Shown one piece after another: positions 9,669 to 18,625 of a DNA stretch of 64,000 nucleotides (position 1 is its first letter; each line of letters opens with the position of its first letter). The DNA is taken from IMG/VR virus record IMGVR_UViG_3300042894_003937; one strand, given 5' to 3'. The stretch comes from a virus (Duplodnaviria; Heunggongvirae; Uroviricota; Caudoviricetes). The position numbers and the translations under genes were made by a program. The notes below the pieces were generated by a model. The model ran no database searches. It had not been told where the DNA came from and saw nothing but the letters and a program-made list of their open reading frames with translations.

Positions 9669-10525
9669 CTTTCCTTTACTATTATTCTTATCCTAGTATA
9701 AAACTTATTGGTAAGCCACTGATCTGCTTCACCACTTACAAGCTCTTCTATATCTTTTCTAGTATCATATTGGTACTGTCTTCCACCATTTTGATAAAAT
9801 ACTATTTCTAAAATATGATACTCTTTATTCAACATATAAATATACGGTGACAATCTATCAGTAATCTCCTCCCAAGTGAAACCCGAACGTTTAACTATTC
9901 TCGTACAAATACAACCAGCATAATTATTAGAACGGTCTGTTACCGGATTATCAGTAGTACCAATCTCAAACCCATCATCCATAAGGTAAACTAAACGATC
10001 CTGAGTAAATTCAAGAACATCATCTTTAAGACTTTCATTAGTTCTCAGTTGCCAAGAATACTGACCAACACTATGATCTAATACAACTACCCTAACAGAA
10101 CTAATTAAAGTAGCATGTTCATAAGAATGATTTTTATAACCTTTAGTCAAACTGAAAATCTTTTCTTTTACCTTGTCATCAATAACATCCTGAAAACTCA
10201 TCTTAACTTGAGCACCTCCTCTAATTTGAAAAAAGATTAAGTTATCCTTAATATCATACTGCTTATCTAAAATCTGTAGAAATGGTATAAATCTATCCTT
10301 TATATGATCCCAATCCATCCAATCAACCGTTCCACCAGCACCAGGTACCCAATTACCATACTGAGTATTATATTTAGGATTAACCAAATCTATTTGAGTT
10401 ACTCTACCGGATTCTCTAAAGTCTAAAGCATAACCATCATCTAACAAATAAGCTAGATACTGCTCACAGAAATCTTTTATCTCACCTGGTTCAATTGCTT
10501 CATTAAATTTCTTTAAGTATCTCAT
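9665..10525 (-). CDS. Fam-A paralog, two-domain
   Basis: MRYLKKFNEA..DFCEQYLAYLLDDGY..IKDRFIPFLQIL plus a second LVYLMDDGF..ITDRLSPYIYML unit. Confidence 0.7.
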   Translation of the reverse strand: MRYLKKFNEAIEPGEIKDFCEQYLAYLLDDGYALDFRESGRVTQIDLVNPKYNTQYGNWVPGAGGTVDWMDWDHIKDRFIPFLQILDKQYDIKDNLIFFQIRGGAQVKMSFQDVIDDKVKEKIFSLTKGYKNHSYEHATLISSVRVVVLDHSVGQYSWQLRTNESLKDDVLEFTQDRLVYLMDDGFEIGTTDNPVTDRSNNYAGCICTRIVKRSGFTWEEITDRLSPYIYMLNKEYHILEIVFYQNGGRQYQYDTRKDIEELVSGEADQWLTNKFYTRIRIIVKER

Positions 10526-10543
10526 AGAACTATATATTAAATC

Positions 10544-10996
10544 CTATTTTTGATCTTCATGCAACAAAATGTAAAAAGAAATACTAACAACATTATCTAA
10601 TGAAACCGTATCTAAATCTTGAATCTTATAATATGAAGTTGATGGTATATTATCCTCATCACGACAAGTAAAGATTATATCATCACCATTATGTTTATAA
10701 ACCTCTAAAATATGATACTTCTTCTTTAAATGATAAACAAATGGAATAAATTGATCTTTAACTTCATCAAAACTAAATGGATTGAATGTATAATGAGGAT
10801 CACTTTCTTCTCTTTTAAGAAAAATAAAGGTAGAAACTAGTTGATTATTTGCATTCACAAAAGTATCACTTCTAAATGAGTAACCATCATCTGCTAAATA
10901 AGCTAAATGAGTAGAACAAAAATCATCCAACTCTTGTCGTAATGCTTTTCTTTGTGGACGATTTAAAGCCTCGTTAAACCTTTTTAAATGTTTCAT
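10544..10996 (-). CDS. Fam-A paralog
   Basis: MKHLKRFNEA..DFCSTHLAYLADDGY..DEVKDQFIPFVYHL. Confidence 0.7.
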   Translation of the reverse strand: MKHLKRFNEALNRPQRKALRQELDDFCSTHLAYLADDGYSFRSDTFVNANNQLVSTFIFLKREESDPHYTFNPFSFDEVKDQFIPFVYHLKKKYHILEVYKHNGDDIIFTCRDEDNIPSTSYYKIQDLDTVSLDNVVSISFYILLHEDQK

Positions 10997-11011
10997 ATAT
11001 TATTTTATTTT

Positions 11012-11944
11012 TTAGTAAAATTGTACTTGTAATTCATAGAATTGTTCAGGAACATCCTGATCCTTTATAACATTTCTAATATCCATATAATAAAAATCTG
11101 CATCATAAACATCAGGTAAGAATCTGTCAAACACAATCGTTCTGTTTCTAGGATTATCATCTATGTAAACTGCCTTTTTTTGCATATGACGAACAATTTT
11201 TTCACGTGGCTCAATACTATACTCTCTTATCAACATATGTAAAAAAGGTATAACCTGATCTTTAACATCATTCCACTGAATTAGATCTTGAGCTCCTTCT
11301 ATAGTACGTCCATCATAACTAATATTTCTTGTTAAACTAACAAAGTAAGATGGTGATGCTCTGTAACCAGACATTTCCCATGTTACACTTAATTGATAAG
11401 TAGTATCATCTAAAAGATTTGCCAAGTAATTTGAACAGAACTCTCTAACATCATCGACACCACCGGCAGATTCATTATAACTCTTTAAGTATCTCATTAA
11501 AGATTCTTGTTCTTTAGTATCATTCTCTAACATTATTTCAATATATTGAATCTCATCATCATCTTCATACCAATTATCCACAACTCTTATAAACTTCTCA
11601 TAAGTGAATTCTCTTGATTCATGTCTCTGACGAACTTCAATCACTGAACCATTATCAGAACCAGAATCATCAAACTTATAATTCTTATGTAACTGAATCA
11701 CAAATGGAACAACATGATCTTTAACTTCACCCCAGTTGAAATTAGTTCTCATTACCTGACCTGAACCTAAATCAACTGTCTTACATAAAATAACCGAAAC
11801 AAATCGAGAAGGTTTCTTCCAATCAGTATCTTCAATTCTTATCTCAAAGTCAGGATCATCCAATAAGTAAGCCAAGTTTGTCTCACAGAAATCTTTCAAC
11901 TCATCTTTATCTAAACTCTCAAAAATCCTTTTTAAATATTTCAT
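11012..11944 (-). CDS. Fam-A paralog, fused doublet (internal MRYLKSYNES leader)
   Basis: MKYLKRIFES..DFCETNLAYLLDD..GEVKDHVVPFVIQL, then internal MRYLKSYNES..EFCSNYLANLLDD..NDVKDQVIPFLHML. Confidence 0.7.
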   Translation of the reverse strand: MKYLKRIFESLDKDELKDFCETNLAYLLDDPDFEIRIEDTDWKKPSRFVSVILCKTVDLGSGQVMRTNFNWGEVKDHVVPFVIQLHKNYKFDDSGSDNGSVIEVRQRHESREFTYEKFIRVVDNWYEDDDEIQYIEIMLENDTKEQESLMRYLKSYNESAGGVDDVREFCSNYLANLLDDTTYQLSVTWEMSGYRASPSYFVSLTRNISYDGRTIEGAQDLIQWNDVKDQVIPFLHMLIREYSIEPREKIVRHMQKKAVYIDDNPRNRTIVFDRFLPDVYDADFYYMDIRNVIKDQDVPEQFYELQVQFY

Positions 11945-12825
11945 TTTGTATCTTCTTTTTCTGTTAAAATAATCTGTAATCTAATTCTAATATCACCAAA
12001 ATAATACTGACCTGCAGCAGTCTTAAAAGACATAACAATCTTCTTACTAGCAAAATTATCCGATAAACTTAATAAAATCTTATCAGCAGCATCCTGTGCG
12101 AAAAACTCAACCTGATTCAATATATCAGATCTAAAATTAGATAACGGAACTGGCTTCTTAAATTGATTAGTAGTGAATACTCTCATCGGTTCAGACCTTA
12201 CACCAATTATCACATTCTCATATATAATACCTGTTCTTAAAATAGATTGCCACTCTTCCGTAGTAAGTGCTCTCTCCATAGAAATTGCTGTCATTGGTTC
12301 AATATTATCAGGACTTTTAGTAACCCTAACCCCTTCAAATCCAGAATCCAATAACTCAACCAAATAATGTTCTACATCATCTGTCTTTAATTCAACAGAC
12401 TCTTTAATAGGTTTCTTTTTTTCAGACCTGTAAGTCCAAGATTTGAGATCTACCCAAACTAAAATCTGTATTAAAGGTTCATTATCATATACATTTGGTA
12501 AAGGATTACCAGATAAAATTGTTTCAATATCAAACTCCGTATCATCATCTCCATCATAAAACTCTATAGTCTGATCTATTATATTATAATCTCTGTTTAA
12601 CATATGTAAAAATGGAATATATGACTCTTTAACATCTAACCAAGTAAAATCAATCACCTCATTATCAACCTTACCCAAACTTATCAAAAATGTCTTATTA
12701 TTATTTGTAGGTGAAACTTGTATTTTGTAACCATCATCTAACAAATAAGCTAGATAAGACTCACTAAAATCACGTAGCTGTGATTCTATATCAACAGACT
12801 CATTAAATCTTTTTAAATATCTCAT
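11941..12825 (-). CDS. Fam-A paralog with C-terminal extension
   Basis: MRYLKRFNES..DFSESYLAYLLDDGY..LDVKESYIPFLHML. Confidence 0.7.
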   Translation of the reverse strand: MRYLKRFNESVDIESQLRDFSESYLAYLLDDGYKIQVSPTNNNKTFLISLGKVDNEVIDFTWLDVKESYIPFLHMLNRDYNIIDQTIEFYDGDDDTEFDIETILSGNPLPNVYDNEPLIQILVWVDLKSWTYRSEKKKPIKESVELKTDDVEHYLVELLDSGFEGVRVTKSPDNIEPMTAISMERALTTEEWQSILRTGIIYENVIIGVRSEPMRVFTTNQFKKPVPLSNFRSDILNQVEFFAQDAADKILLSLSDNFASKKIVMSFKTAAGQYYFGDIRIRLQIILTEKEDTK

Positions 12826-13292
12826 TCTACCAATTTATTTTTCATTCCAACCTGAAGTGTAATCTCTAATAAAGGAACATCATCATATCTACCAGGTAAA
12901 GGATCACCAGATAAAACATCCTTAATCGAAACACAAAAGTTTTGACTACCATTATATAAACAAATACAAGGAACATCCCATTGTCCTGCGTTTCTACTTG
13001 CTTCACCTTTATCCATTATCTCATACTGCTTATCTAACATATGTAAAAAAGGAATATAAGAATCTTTAACCTCATTCCAAGTAAAACCAGTTGCTTTTCC
13101 CCATCCTAAATCCCAATTTAATTTACATAGATTTATATTATAATCATCTTCTTCTCTTCCTAAATAACCGTGTCCGTTCCAGATAACAGATAATTCAAAA
13201 TCACCATCCAACAAATAAGCTAGATAAGTCTCACAGAAATCTCTTAAATCTTTCTCTAAATCAACAGATTCAAATGTTTTTAAATACCTCAT
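12822..13292 (-). CDS. Fam-A paralog
   Basis: MRYLKTFESV..DFCETYLAYLLDGDF..NEVKDSYIPFLHML. Confidence 0.7.
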   Translation of the reverse strand: MRYLKTFESVDLEKDLRDFCETYLAYLLDGDFELSVIWNGHGYLGREEDDYNINLCKLNWDLGWGKATGFTWNEVKDSYIPFLHMLDKQYEIMDKGEASRNAGQWDVPCICLYNGSQNFCVSIKDVLSGDPLPGRYDDVPLLEITLQVGMKNKLVE

Positions 13293-13759
13293 ATCTTTAT
13301 AGTATTTTTTACTACAATACCAATCTCTTTTATATCATCACCAGTCCAATAATCTGGTCTTTTCACAAGTCTTTGACCCCAATCCTCAATCTCATCTGCT
13401 TTCAAAAATAATTGATTTCCCGACATAAAATTGATAATAATACTCGACTCCCTCTGATCTAAATCTTTATCATTCAAATCATACTCTCTTGATAAAATAG
13501 TAACAAATGGAATATAATAATCTTTAATGTCATTCCAATGAAAAGGTTGAATACGACGATCCACTAAAGTTTTACCCAACCATATAATATACGAGTCCCA
13601 GGCAGATTTAGCTCCAGACCTTTCAGTATCAATAACTTCTATCTTAAAACTCGTATCATCCAATAAGTAAGCTAAATAAGTCTCACAGAAATCTTGTAAC
13701 TCTACTTCATCAACCTGACTATATAAATCGTTCTCGAAAATCTTTTTTAAATATTTCAT
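13289..13759 (-). CDS. Fam-A paralog
   Basis: MKYLKKIFEN..DFCETYLAYLLDD..NDIKDYYIPFVTIL. Confidence 0.7.
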   Translation of the reverse strand: MKYLKKIFENDLYSQVDEVELQDFCETYLAYLLDDTSFKIEVIDTERSGAKSAWDSYIIWLGKTLVDRRIQPFHWNDIKDYYIPFVTILSREYDLNDKDLDQRESSIIINFMSGNQLFLKADEIEDWGQRLVKRPDYWTGDDIKEIGIVVKNTIKI

Positions 13760-14202
13760 ATCTTACGTTTTACTTTAAACATTATTTTTCTAACTGGTTG
13801 ATTACCCGGTATTAAATCATTTAGTATCTTTTCCTTTGGTACATTCGCGCCTGAAAAATCTACCAAATTATTAACAAGACTTCCGTCTTTCATACTACGA
13901 GAAACACTAGGTATCAATTCATAATTATCTATCAAAACTTTGAAGAATGGTATAAAATAATCAGATACATCATCCCAAGTAGCATTAGGATAACTATGTG
14001 ATCCATCAGCATTCGTTTCATATCTTCTCCAAATCATACAGTCATAATAACCAGTATTTGGATAAACTGAAGTTCTCATAGCAATGTCTATTCGCCAATT
14101 ACCATCATCTAATAAGTAAGCTAAATACATCTCACAGAAATCTTTTAACTGCTCATACTCATCTCTATTGACCTCTTCAAAAATTTTTCTTAAATACTTC
14201 AT
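13756..14202 (-). CDS. Fam-A paralog
   Basis: MKYLRKIFEE..DFCEMYLAYLLDDGN..DDVSDYFIPFFKVL. Confidence 0.7.
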   Translation of the reverse strand: MKYLRKIFEEVNRDEYEQLKDFCEMYLAYLLDDGNWRIDIAMRTSVYPNTGYYDCMIWRRYETNADGSHSYPNATWDDVSDYFIPFFKVLIDNYELIPSVSRSMKDGSLVNNLVDFSGANVPKEKILNDLIPGNQPVRKIMFKVKRKI

Positions 14203-14216
14203 ACTCTATATATTAT

Positions 14217-14636
14217 TTAAAAATTTCTAAACCACGCTTTTTCAACCCTTTCTCCCTTTTTAACAACCCTAATGTATAAAGTAGCTATCTCAGTATCATC
14301 TGGTAAATCATTTATCTGATTTAATGTTAAAGGCTTTTGTTTAATACCAGAACCACCATGAAAAACAATACCCATAGCAGGTTCAACATCATTATCATAA
14401 TATAATTCGTAATACTTAAATAGAAAATGTAAGAAAGGTAGAACCTGATCCTTTACTTCAGACCATAAAAAATTAATTGGCTCAGAAGTACCCAACATTA
14501 TCTGATGATAATCATCTCCTTCAAACTTTGAAATCCTTACTTTAAAACCCTCATCTAACAAATAAGCTAAATTAGTCTCACAGAAATCTAATAACTCTTC
14601 TTTTAAACTCTCATTGAACTTTCTCAAATGTTTCAT
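14217..14636 (-). CDS. Fam-A paralog
   Basis: MKHLRKFNES..DFCETNLAYLLDEGF..SEVKDQVLPFLHFL. Confidence 0.7.
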   Translation of the reverse strand: MKHLRKFNESLKEELLDFCETNLAYLLDEGFKVRISKFEGDDYHQIMLGTSEPINFLWSEVKDQVLPFLHFLFKYYELYYDNDVEPAMGIVFHGGSGIKQKPLTLNQINDLPDDTEIATLYIRVVKKGERVEKAWFRNF

Positions 14637-14644
14637 ACCTAATC

Positions 14645-15490
14645 TTATTTTTCTTTAATCATAATACCCACCGAATATATACCTTGCTTATCCGAATAAG
14701 AACCAAATAAAGTATCATTCACCACCGAATATAACGGGAAATCACTAAACGCCTCATCAGTATAACCATGATGTAATCTAAACCTAACCTGACTTGTCGA
14801 ACGACCATCTTTCCTCGGATTACCAAATCCAATAATCTGATACCTATTATGTAATAACTTTAATAACGGTATGTAATAATCCTTTATATCATCCCAAGTG
14901 AAAGTATCACTCTTAAGCGCATATTGATTACTAAGTGATAACCAAATCGCAGTAGTATCATCCTCTGAACCTCTAGGAATAAAAATACGAAAACCCTCAT
15001 CCAATAAATAAGCTAAACAACTTTCTACGAAATCCGTTAACTCATCCTTATCTATACTCTCATTAAACATCTTCAAATGTTTCATACCATCCTTTTTAAC
15101 CACAATCGAAAAACTATAAAATAACATATCATCTCGTAAATCCTCTAACCGATCTATATCCTTAATATGTATATCATCCGAATAAGTCGCTTCTATCCTA
15201 ATAATCGATGAACTGCCCTCATAACCCACCTGATACCTATTAGATAACATCTGTACAAAAGGAATAATACGATTCTTTACCGATGACCACTCAACATCAT
15301 CATGATGAATCCTATTGTTTCTAACCGACCTAGGCGATAACAAAACAATCTTATACGATGTAGTAAATCCCCACACCGATACCGACCACTCATCATCGAT
15401 AAGATAAGCTAAGTAATCATTAGCAAACTCCTGTAACTCTGCCCTTTTATCAGTAGATTCATCATTGAAAGCTTCATTCAAATACTTCAT
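14645..15490 (-). CDS. Fam-A paralog, fused doublet (internal MKHLKMFNES leader)
   Basis: First unit EFANDYLAYLIDDEW..SSVKNRIIPFVQML; second unit starts with an intact internal leader MKHLKMFNESIDKDELTDFVESCLAYLLDEGF..DDIKDYYIPLLKLL. Confidence 0.7.
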   Translation of the reverse strand: MKYLNEAFNDESTDKRAELQEFANDYLAYLIDDEWSVSVWGFTTSYKIVLLSPRSVRNNRIHHDDVEWSSVKNRIIPFVQMLSNRYQVGYEGSSSIIRIEATYSDDIHIKDIDRLEDLRDDMLFYSFSIVVKKDGMKHLKMFNESIDKDELTDFVESCLAYLLDEGFRIFIPRGSEDDTTAIWLSLSNQYALKSDTFTWDDIKDYYIPLLKLLHNRYQIIGFGNPRKDGRSTSQVRFRLHHGYTDEAFSDFPLYSVVNDTLFGSYSDKQGIYSVGIMIKEK

Positions 15491-15924
15491 ACCTTTTCAC
15501 CTTTAATTTTAAATTGAATTGTATAAATCTTATAATCATCACGAAGACGACTAGAAGGAACAATCTGCTCCGATATAATATCATCCATATTAAACCAATC
15601 AGAATATGTACTCTCCAAACCAATTATCTCAATTCTTACATTAGGCGAAACAAGCCTACGATCCATCGTAACTAAATCATACCCATTTCTTAAATGTGTC
15701 AAAAATGGTATAACCTGATCCTTTATCTGACCCCACCTCTTATTAGCAAATAATCTAAATGATAACGTCACCTTATAATCTATAATCTTTAAATCAAAAT
15801 AATCTGGTGAAACCAAAACCCTTAAACCATCATCCATCAAATAAGCTAAGTGAGTCTCACAGAAATCTTGTATATCTTGCTCAGTTAAATCTTTATTCTC
15901 ATTATATCTTCTCAAATGTTTCAT
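15487..15924 (-). CDS. Fam-A paralog
   Basis: MKHLRRYNEN..DFCETHLAYLMDDGL..GQIKDQVIPFLTHL. Confidence 0.7.
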   Translation of the reverse strand: MKHLRRYNENKDLTEQDIQDFCETHLAYLMDDGLRVLVSPDYFDLKIIDYKVTLSFRLFANKRWGQIKDQVIPFLTHLRNGYDLVTMDRRLVSPNVRIEIIGLESTYSDWFNMDDIISEQIVPSSRLRDDYKIYTIQFKIKGEKV

Positions 15925-15927
15925 ACA

Positions 15928-16464
15928 TTATTTATTATTTTCAAAGTTAATTAAAATCGGATCTTTGTAAATATATCCATTTTCAATTCTCTGTGTTTGT
16001 TTAGCATTAGGCCAATAAGAAACAAGTTTATATAAACTTTCACATACTTTTATTGAATTTTTATATTCTTTTCTTACTTCACCATTTACTATCCATTTAT
16101 TTCCATGTACATATACCTGATTCGATTTCTTTTCTTTAATATCTTCCATATTATTATAAAATATTATCTCACTATGCCACTGAATATCAAAAAATATACT
16201 ATACTTTTCCATTCCTAGCTTTGTACCCTGATATATCACATCTTCAATATCATCTATATTATGATGACCTGTCAAAATAATATCAATATCAAGTGGTGTA
16301 CCTTCATCATTTAGTAATTTATTCGCAAAACTTCCTAATAACAAAACATCAAATTTTTCCGCATTCGGTATTTTAAAAAAATCCTCTCGCCAAGCAAAAA
16401 ATGACTCTACACTTGGCGACTTCCAATTTATATCTATATCTATTTTTCCGTATTTTATATTCAT
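15928..16464 (-). CDS. putative nucleotidyltransferase (pol-beta superfamily motif GS-x15-DIDI)
   Basis: LLLGSFANKLLNDEGTPLDIDIILTG fits hG[GS]..[DE]h[DE]h; further acidic residue in FFDIQ; 178 aa. Confidence 0.45.
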   Translation of the reverse strand: MNIKYGKIDIDINWKSPSVESFFAWREDFFKIPNAEKFDVLLLGSFANKLLNDEGTPLDIDIILTGHHNIDDIEDVIYQGTKLGMEKYSIFFDIQWHSEIIFYNNMEDIKEKKSNQVYVHGNKWIVNGEVRKEYKNSIKVCESLYKLVSYWPNAKQTQRIENGYIYKDPILINFENNK

Positions 16465-16590
16465 TATTCTAATTTATTTTATCACTCACTAAACCCCTAC
16501 GTGCGTCAGCACGTTTACGACTCCGACGACCCACATTCTTCTTGCCGAAGGCAACGACTCCACCGAAACCCAATTGGTCCCACCACAATC
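16465..16590 (-). other. GC-rich intergenic island with three short palindromes (candidate structured leader / ori / pac-like element)
   Basis: acgtgcgtcagcacgt, ttgccgaaggcaa, ccaattgg; direct repeat acgactcc x2; compositional outlier in an AT-rich genome; immediately upstream of the nucleotidyltransferase start. Confidence 0.4.
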
Positions 16591-17034
16591 CTAATCCTTC
16601 TTTAAACCCTTAACCGTCAACTTAACCGTAGTAACCAAAAAATCCGGTGCTCCATCATTTACTATCTGATCCACCGTAAATACCTTCTTATTTATATCCA
16701 ACTGCTCGGTACTATAAAAATGAATCCATTCAGACAAATCATACCTCCTAGATAATATACGAACCAACGGGATAAACCTATCCATCACCAAAGAATAATC
16801 ATATAACTTATTAGTAAATCTGCCTATTTGGTCTGGACGACCATCAGTTAAAGATAACCTTATATCAAACTCACCATTCCAAGCCGGTCTTATCTCATAC
16901 GTAAATCCATCATCCGACAACGGTGCCAAAAATTGCTCACATAAATCATCCAACCCATCCTGTAAATCATCACCTTTCAACCTAACATAAAAATCTGACT
17001 CCATAAAACTTTTTAAATACCTCATCATATACAT
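16591..17034 (-). CDS. Fam-A-like paralog (divergent)
   Basis: MYMMRYLKSFMES..DLCEQFLAPLSDDGF..MDRFIPLVRIL. Confidence 0.65.
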   Translation of the reverse strand: MYMMRYLKSFMESDFYVRLKGDDLQDGLDDLCEQFLAPLSDDGFTYEIRPAWNGEFDIRLSLTDGRPDQIGRFTNKLYDYSLVMDRFIPLVRILSRRYDLSEWIHFYSTEQLDINKKVFTVDQIVNDGAPDFLVTTVKLTVKGLKKD

Positions 17035-17052
17035 ATATATAAATCTTTAATA

Positions 17053-17661
17053 ATGAAACTATCATCCGAACTAAAAAAATTTATAGATAAAGAATACTCC
17101 AATCACCAATGCTTCCCACCTAAACACCTTATACTACACGCACTAAACAACATAGAAAACACCAAAGTTATCATCATAGGTCAAGACCCCTACCACGGCC
17201 ATAACCAAGCTCACGGTCTAGCTTTCTCCACACTCGACACCACAATCCCACCTTCTCTGAAAAACATCTTTAAAGAGCTTAATAACGATTTAAACATCGA
17301 AACACCAACACACGGTAACCTAACCCATTGGCATAACCAAGGAGTACTTCTTCTCAATACAATACTAACAGTAAGAAAACACCAACCACTATCCCATAAG
17401 AATAAAGGATGGGAACAATACACCAATAACATTATATCAGAACTAAATAATAATAAGAATAATCTCGTATTCATTCTATGGGGTTCACAAGCTCACAAGA
17501 CAGAGAAACTTATCGATACGAATAAACACCTTATATTAAAGTCTGGCCATCCATCACCACTATCCGCTAATGCAGGGAAATGGTTCAATAATAAACACTT
17601 TAGTAAAACGAATCAATATCTCACAGAGAATAATATAACACCTATCGACTGGACACTATGA
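17053..17661 (+). CDS. ung: uracil-DNA glycosylase, family 1
   Basis: GQDPYHGHNQAHGLAFS, VLLLNTILTVR, GHPSPLSA and PIDW are collinear with E. coli Ung; catalytic Asp and His motifs are intact. Confidence 0.92.
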   Translation: MKLSSELKKFIDKEYSNHQCFPPKHLILHALNNIENTKVIIIGQDPYHGHNQAHGLAFSTLDTTIPPSLKNIFKELNNDLNIETPTHGNLTHWHNQGVLLLNTILTVRKHQPLSHKNKGWEQYTNNIISELNNNKNNLVFILWGSQAHKTEKLIDTNKHLILKSGHPSPLSANAGKWFNNKHFSKTNQYLTENNITPIDWTL

Positions 17662-17996
17662 TAACAACTACCGCACTACCTAAATCAAAATACTTTATTA
17701 AGAACGTAATAGAAAGTTTTCACATACAAGGAACTACTATTGAGATAGAAGCATTCTATGATACATTACATAAAGGTAATAGATACTCTTGTACAGTCAA
17801 ATCAATAAGAACACAATATCCAACAGGACACTACAACCGTAAATCATTTAAAGTATGTGGTGGATATGGCAAAGATAATCAAATTACCCATCCAACATAC
17901 GAGAGTATTCTTCTACACGCTTTACAAATGGCCGAACTAGGTAACGATATAATAAGAGACTTTAAACTTAAACTTATACTAAATTCTACTGAATGA
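17658..17996 (+). CDS. hypothetical protein
   Basis: 112 aa; ATGA overlap with ung. Confidence 0.5.
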   Translation: MITTTALPKSKYFIKNVIESFHIQGTTIEIEAFYDTLHKGNRYSCTVKSIRTQYPTGHYNRKSFKVCGGYGKDNQITHPTYESILLHALQMAELGNDIIRDFKLKLILNSTE

Positions 17997-18229
17997 AAAC
18001 AACTGATGGGTACGAACTACCAGAAGAACACCTCGAAGTAATCAGAAATGTCTGTAATGTAAATGGTCAAGACTTTAATATAACTCTTATACAAAAGATG
18101 AAAAGATCTTACCAAATAGAAGGTACTTATAAAGGTATCGATAAACATTATACCGCTGAAATTGAATTCGATTATATCAAACAAGAGATTAGAAATAATC
18201 GAATAAATGATGTGTTAAATAACAAATAA
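17993..18229 (+). CDS. small protein with tail-like motif (..IRNNRINDVLNNK)
   Basis: 78 aa. Confidence 0.45.
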   Translation: MKTTDGYELPEEHLEVIRNVCNVNGQDFNITLIQKMKRSYQIEGTYKGIDKHYTAEIEFDYIKQEIRNNRINDVLNNK

Positions 18230-18273
18230 CTGAATTAAGGTAAATATACGTAAAATATGGGTAGCTACCAAAA

Positions 18274-18302
18274 GTGTATAAAATCCGGTCGTTTTTTATA
18301 CA
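18274..18302. promoter_or_regulatory. palindromic element P1 (gtgtataaaa-N9-ttttatacac); adjacent palindrome GGTAGCTACC at 18260-18269
   Basis: 10-bp perfect inverted arms; near-identical copies at 20265-20294 and 22456-22485; about 130 bp upstream of the RHH gene. Confidence 0.45.
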
Positions 18303-18432
18303 AATTTTTAGTTGATCCTATTCGTGTTTGTAAGGTTGTCCCAAAACCTTTTTCGTGGTCATTACATTTATTTGCGATTGTGGATAACTTTTCGCATTAT
18401 TTAGAATATATATAGAAAGAAAATAGTTGACG

Positions 18433-18624
18433 ATGTTTGAAAGAGCGAAGAAAGGTTTTAAACCACCTAAACCAAAAAAGCAAAGGATAAACTTCTTTAT
18501 GAACAAAGAGGTGTATGACCAGTTTGAGTTGTACTGTGATGCGAACCAATATAAGAGAAACGAATTGATTGAATGTATCTTAGAAGAGTTTCTGAATAAG
18601 TATGGAACAGATAAAAAAAGGTAG
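18433..18624 (+). CDS. ribbon-helix-helix (CopG/Arc-like) DNA-binding protein
   Basis: KKQRINFFMNKEVYDQFELYCDANQYKRNELIECILEEFL: beta-strand/helix/helix pattern typical of RHH; ORF track begins at TTG 18427, ATG at 18433. Confidence 0.55.
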   Translation: MFERAKKGFKPPKPKKQRINFFMNKEVYDQFELYCDANQYKRNELIECILEEFLNKYGTDKKR

Positions 18625-18625
18625 A

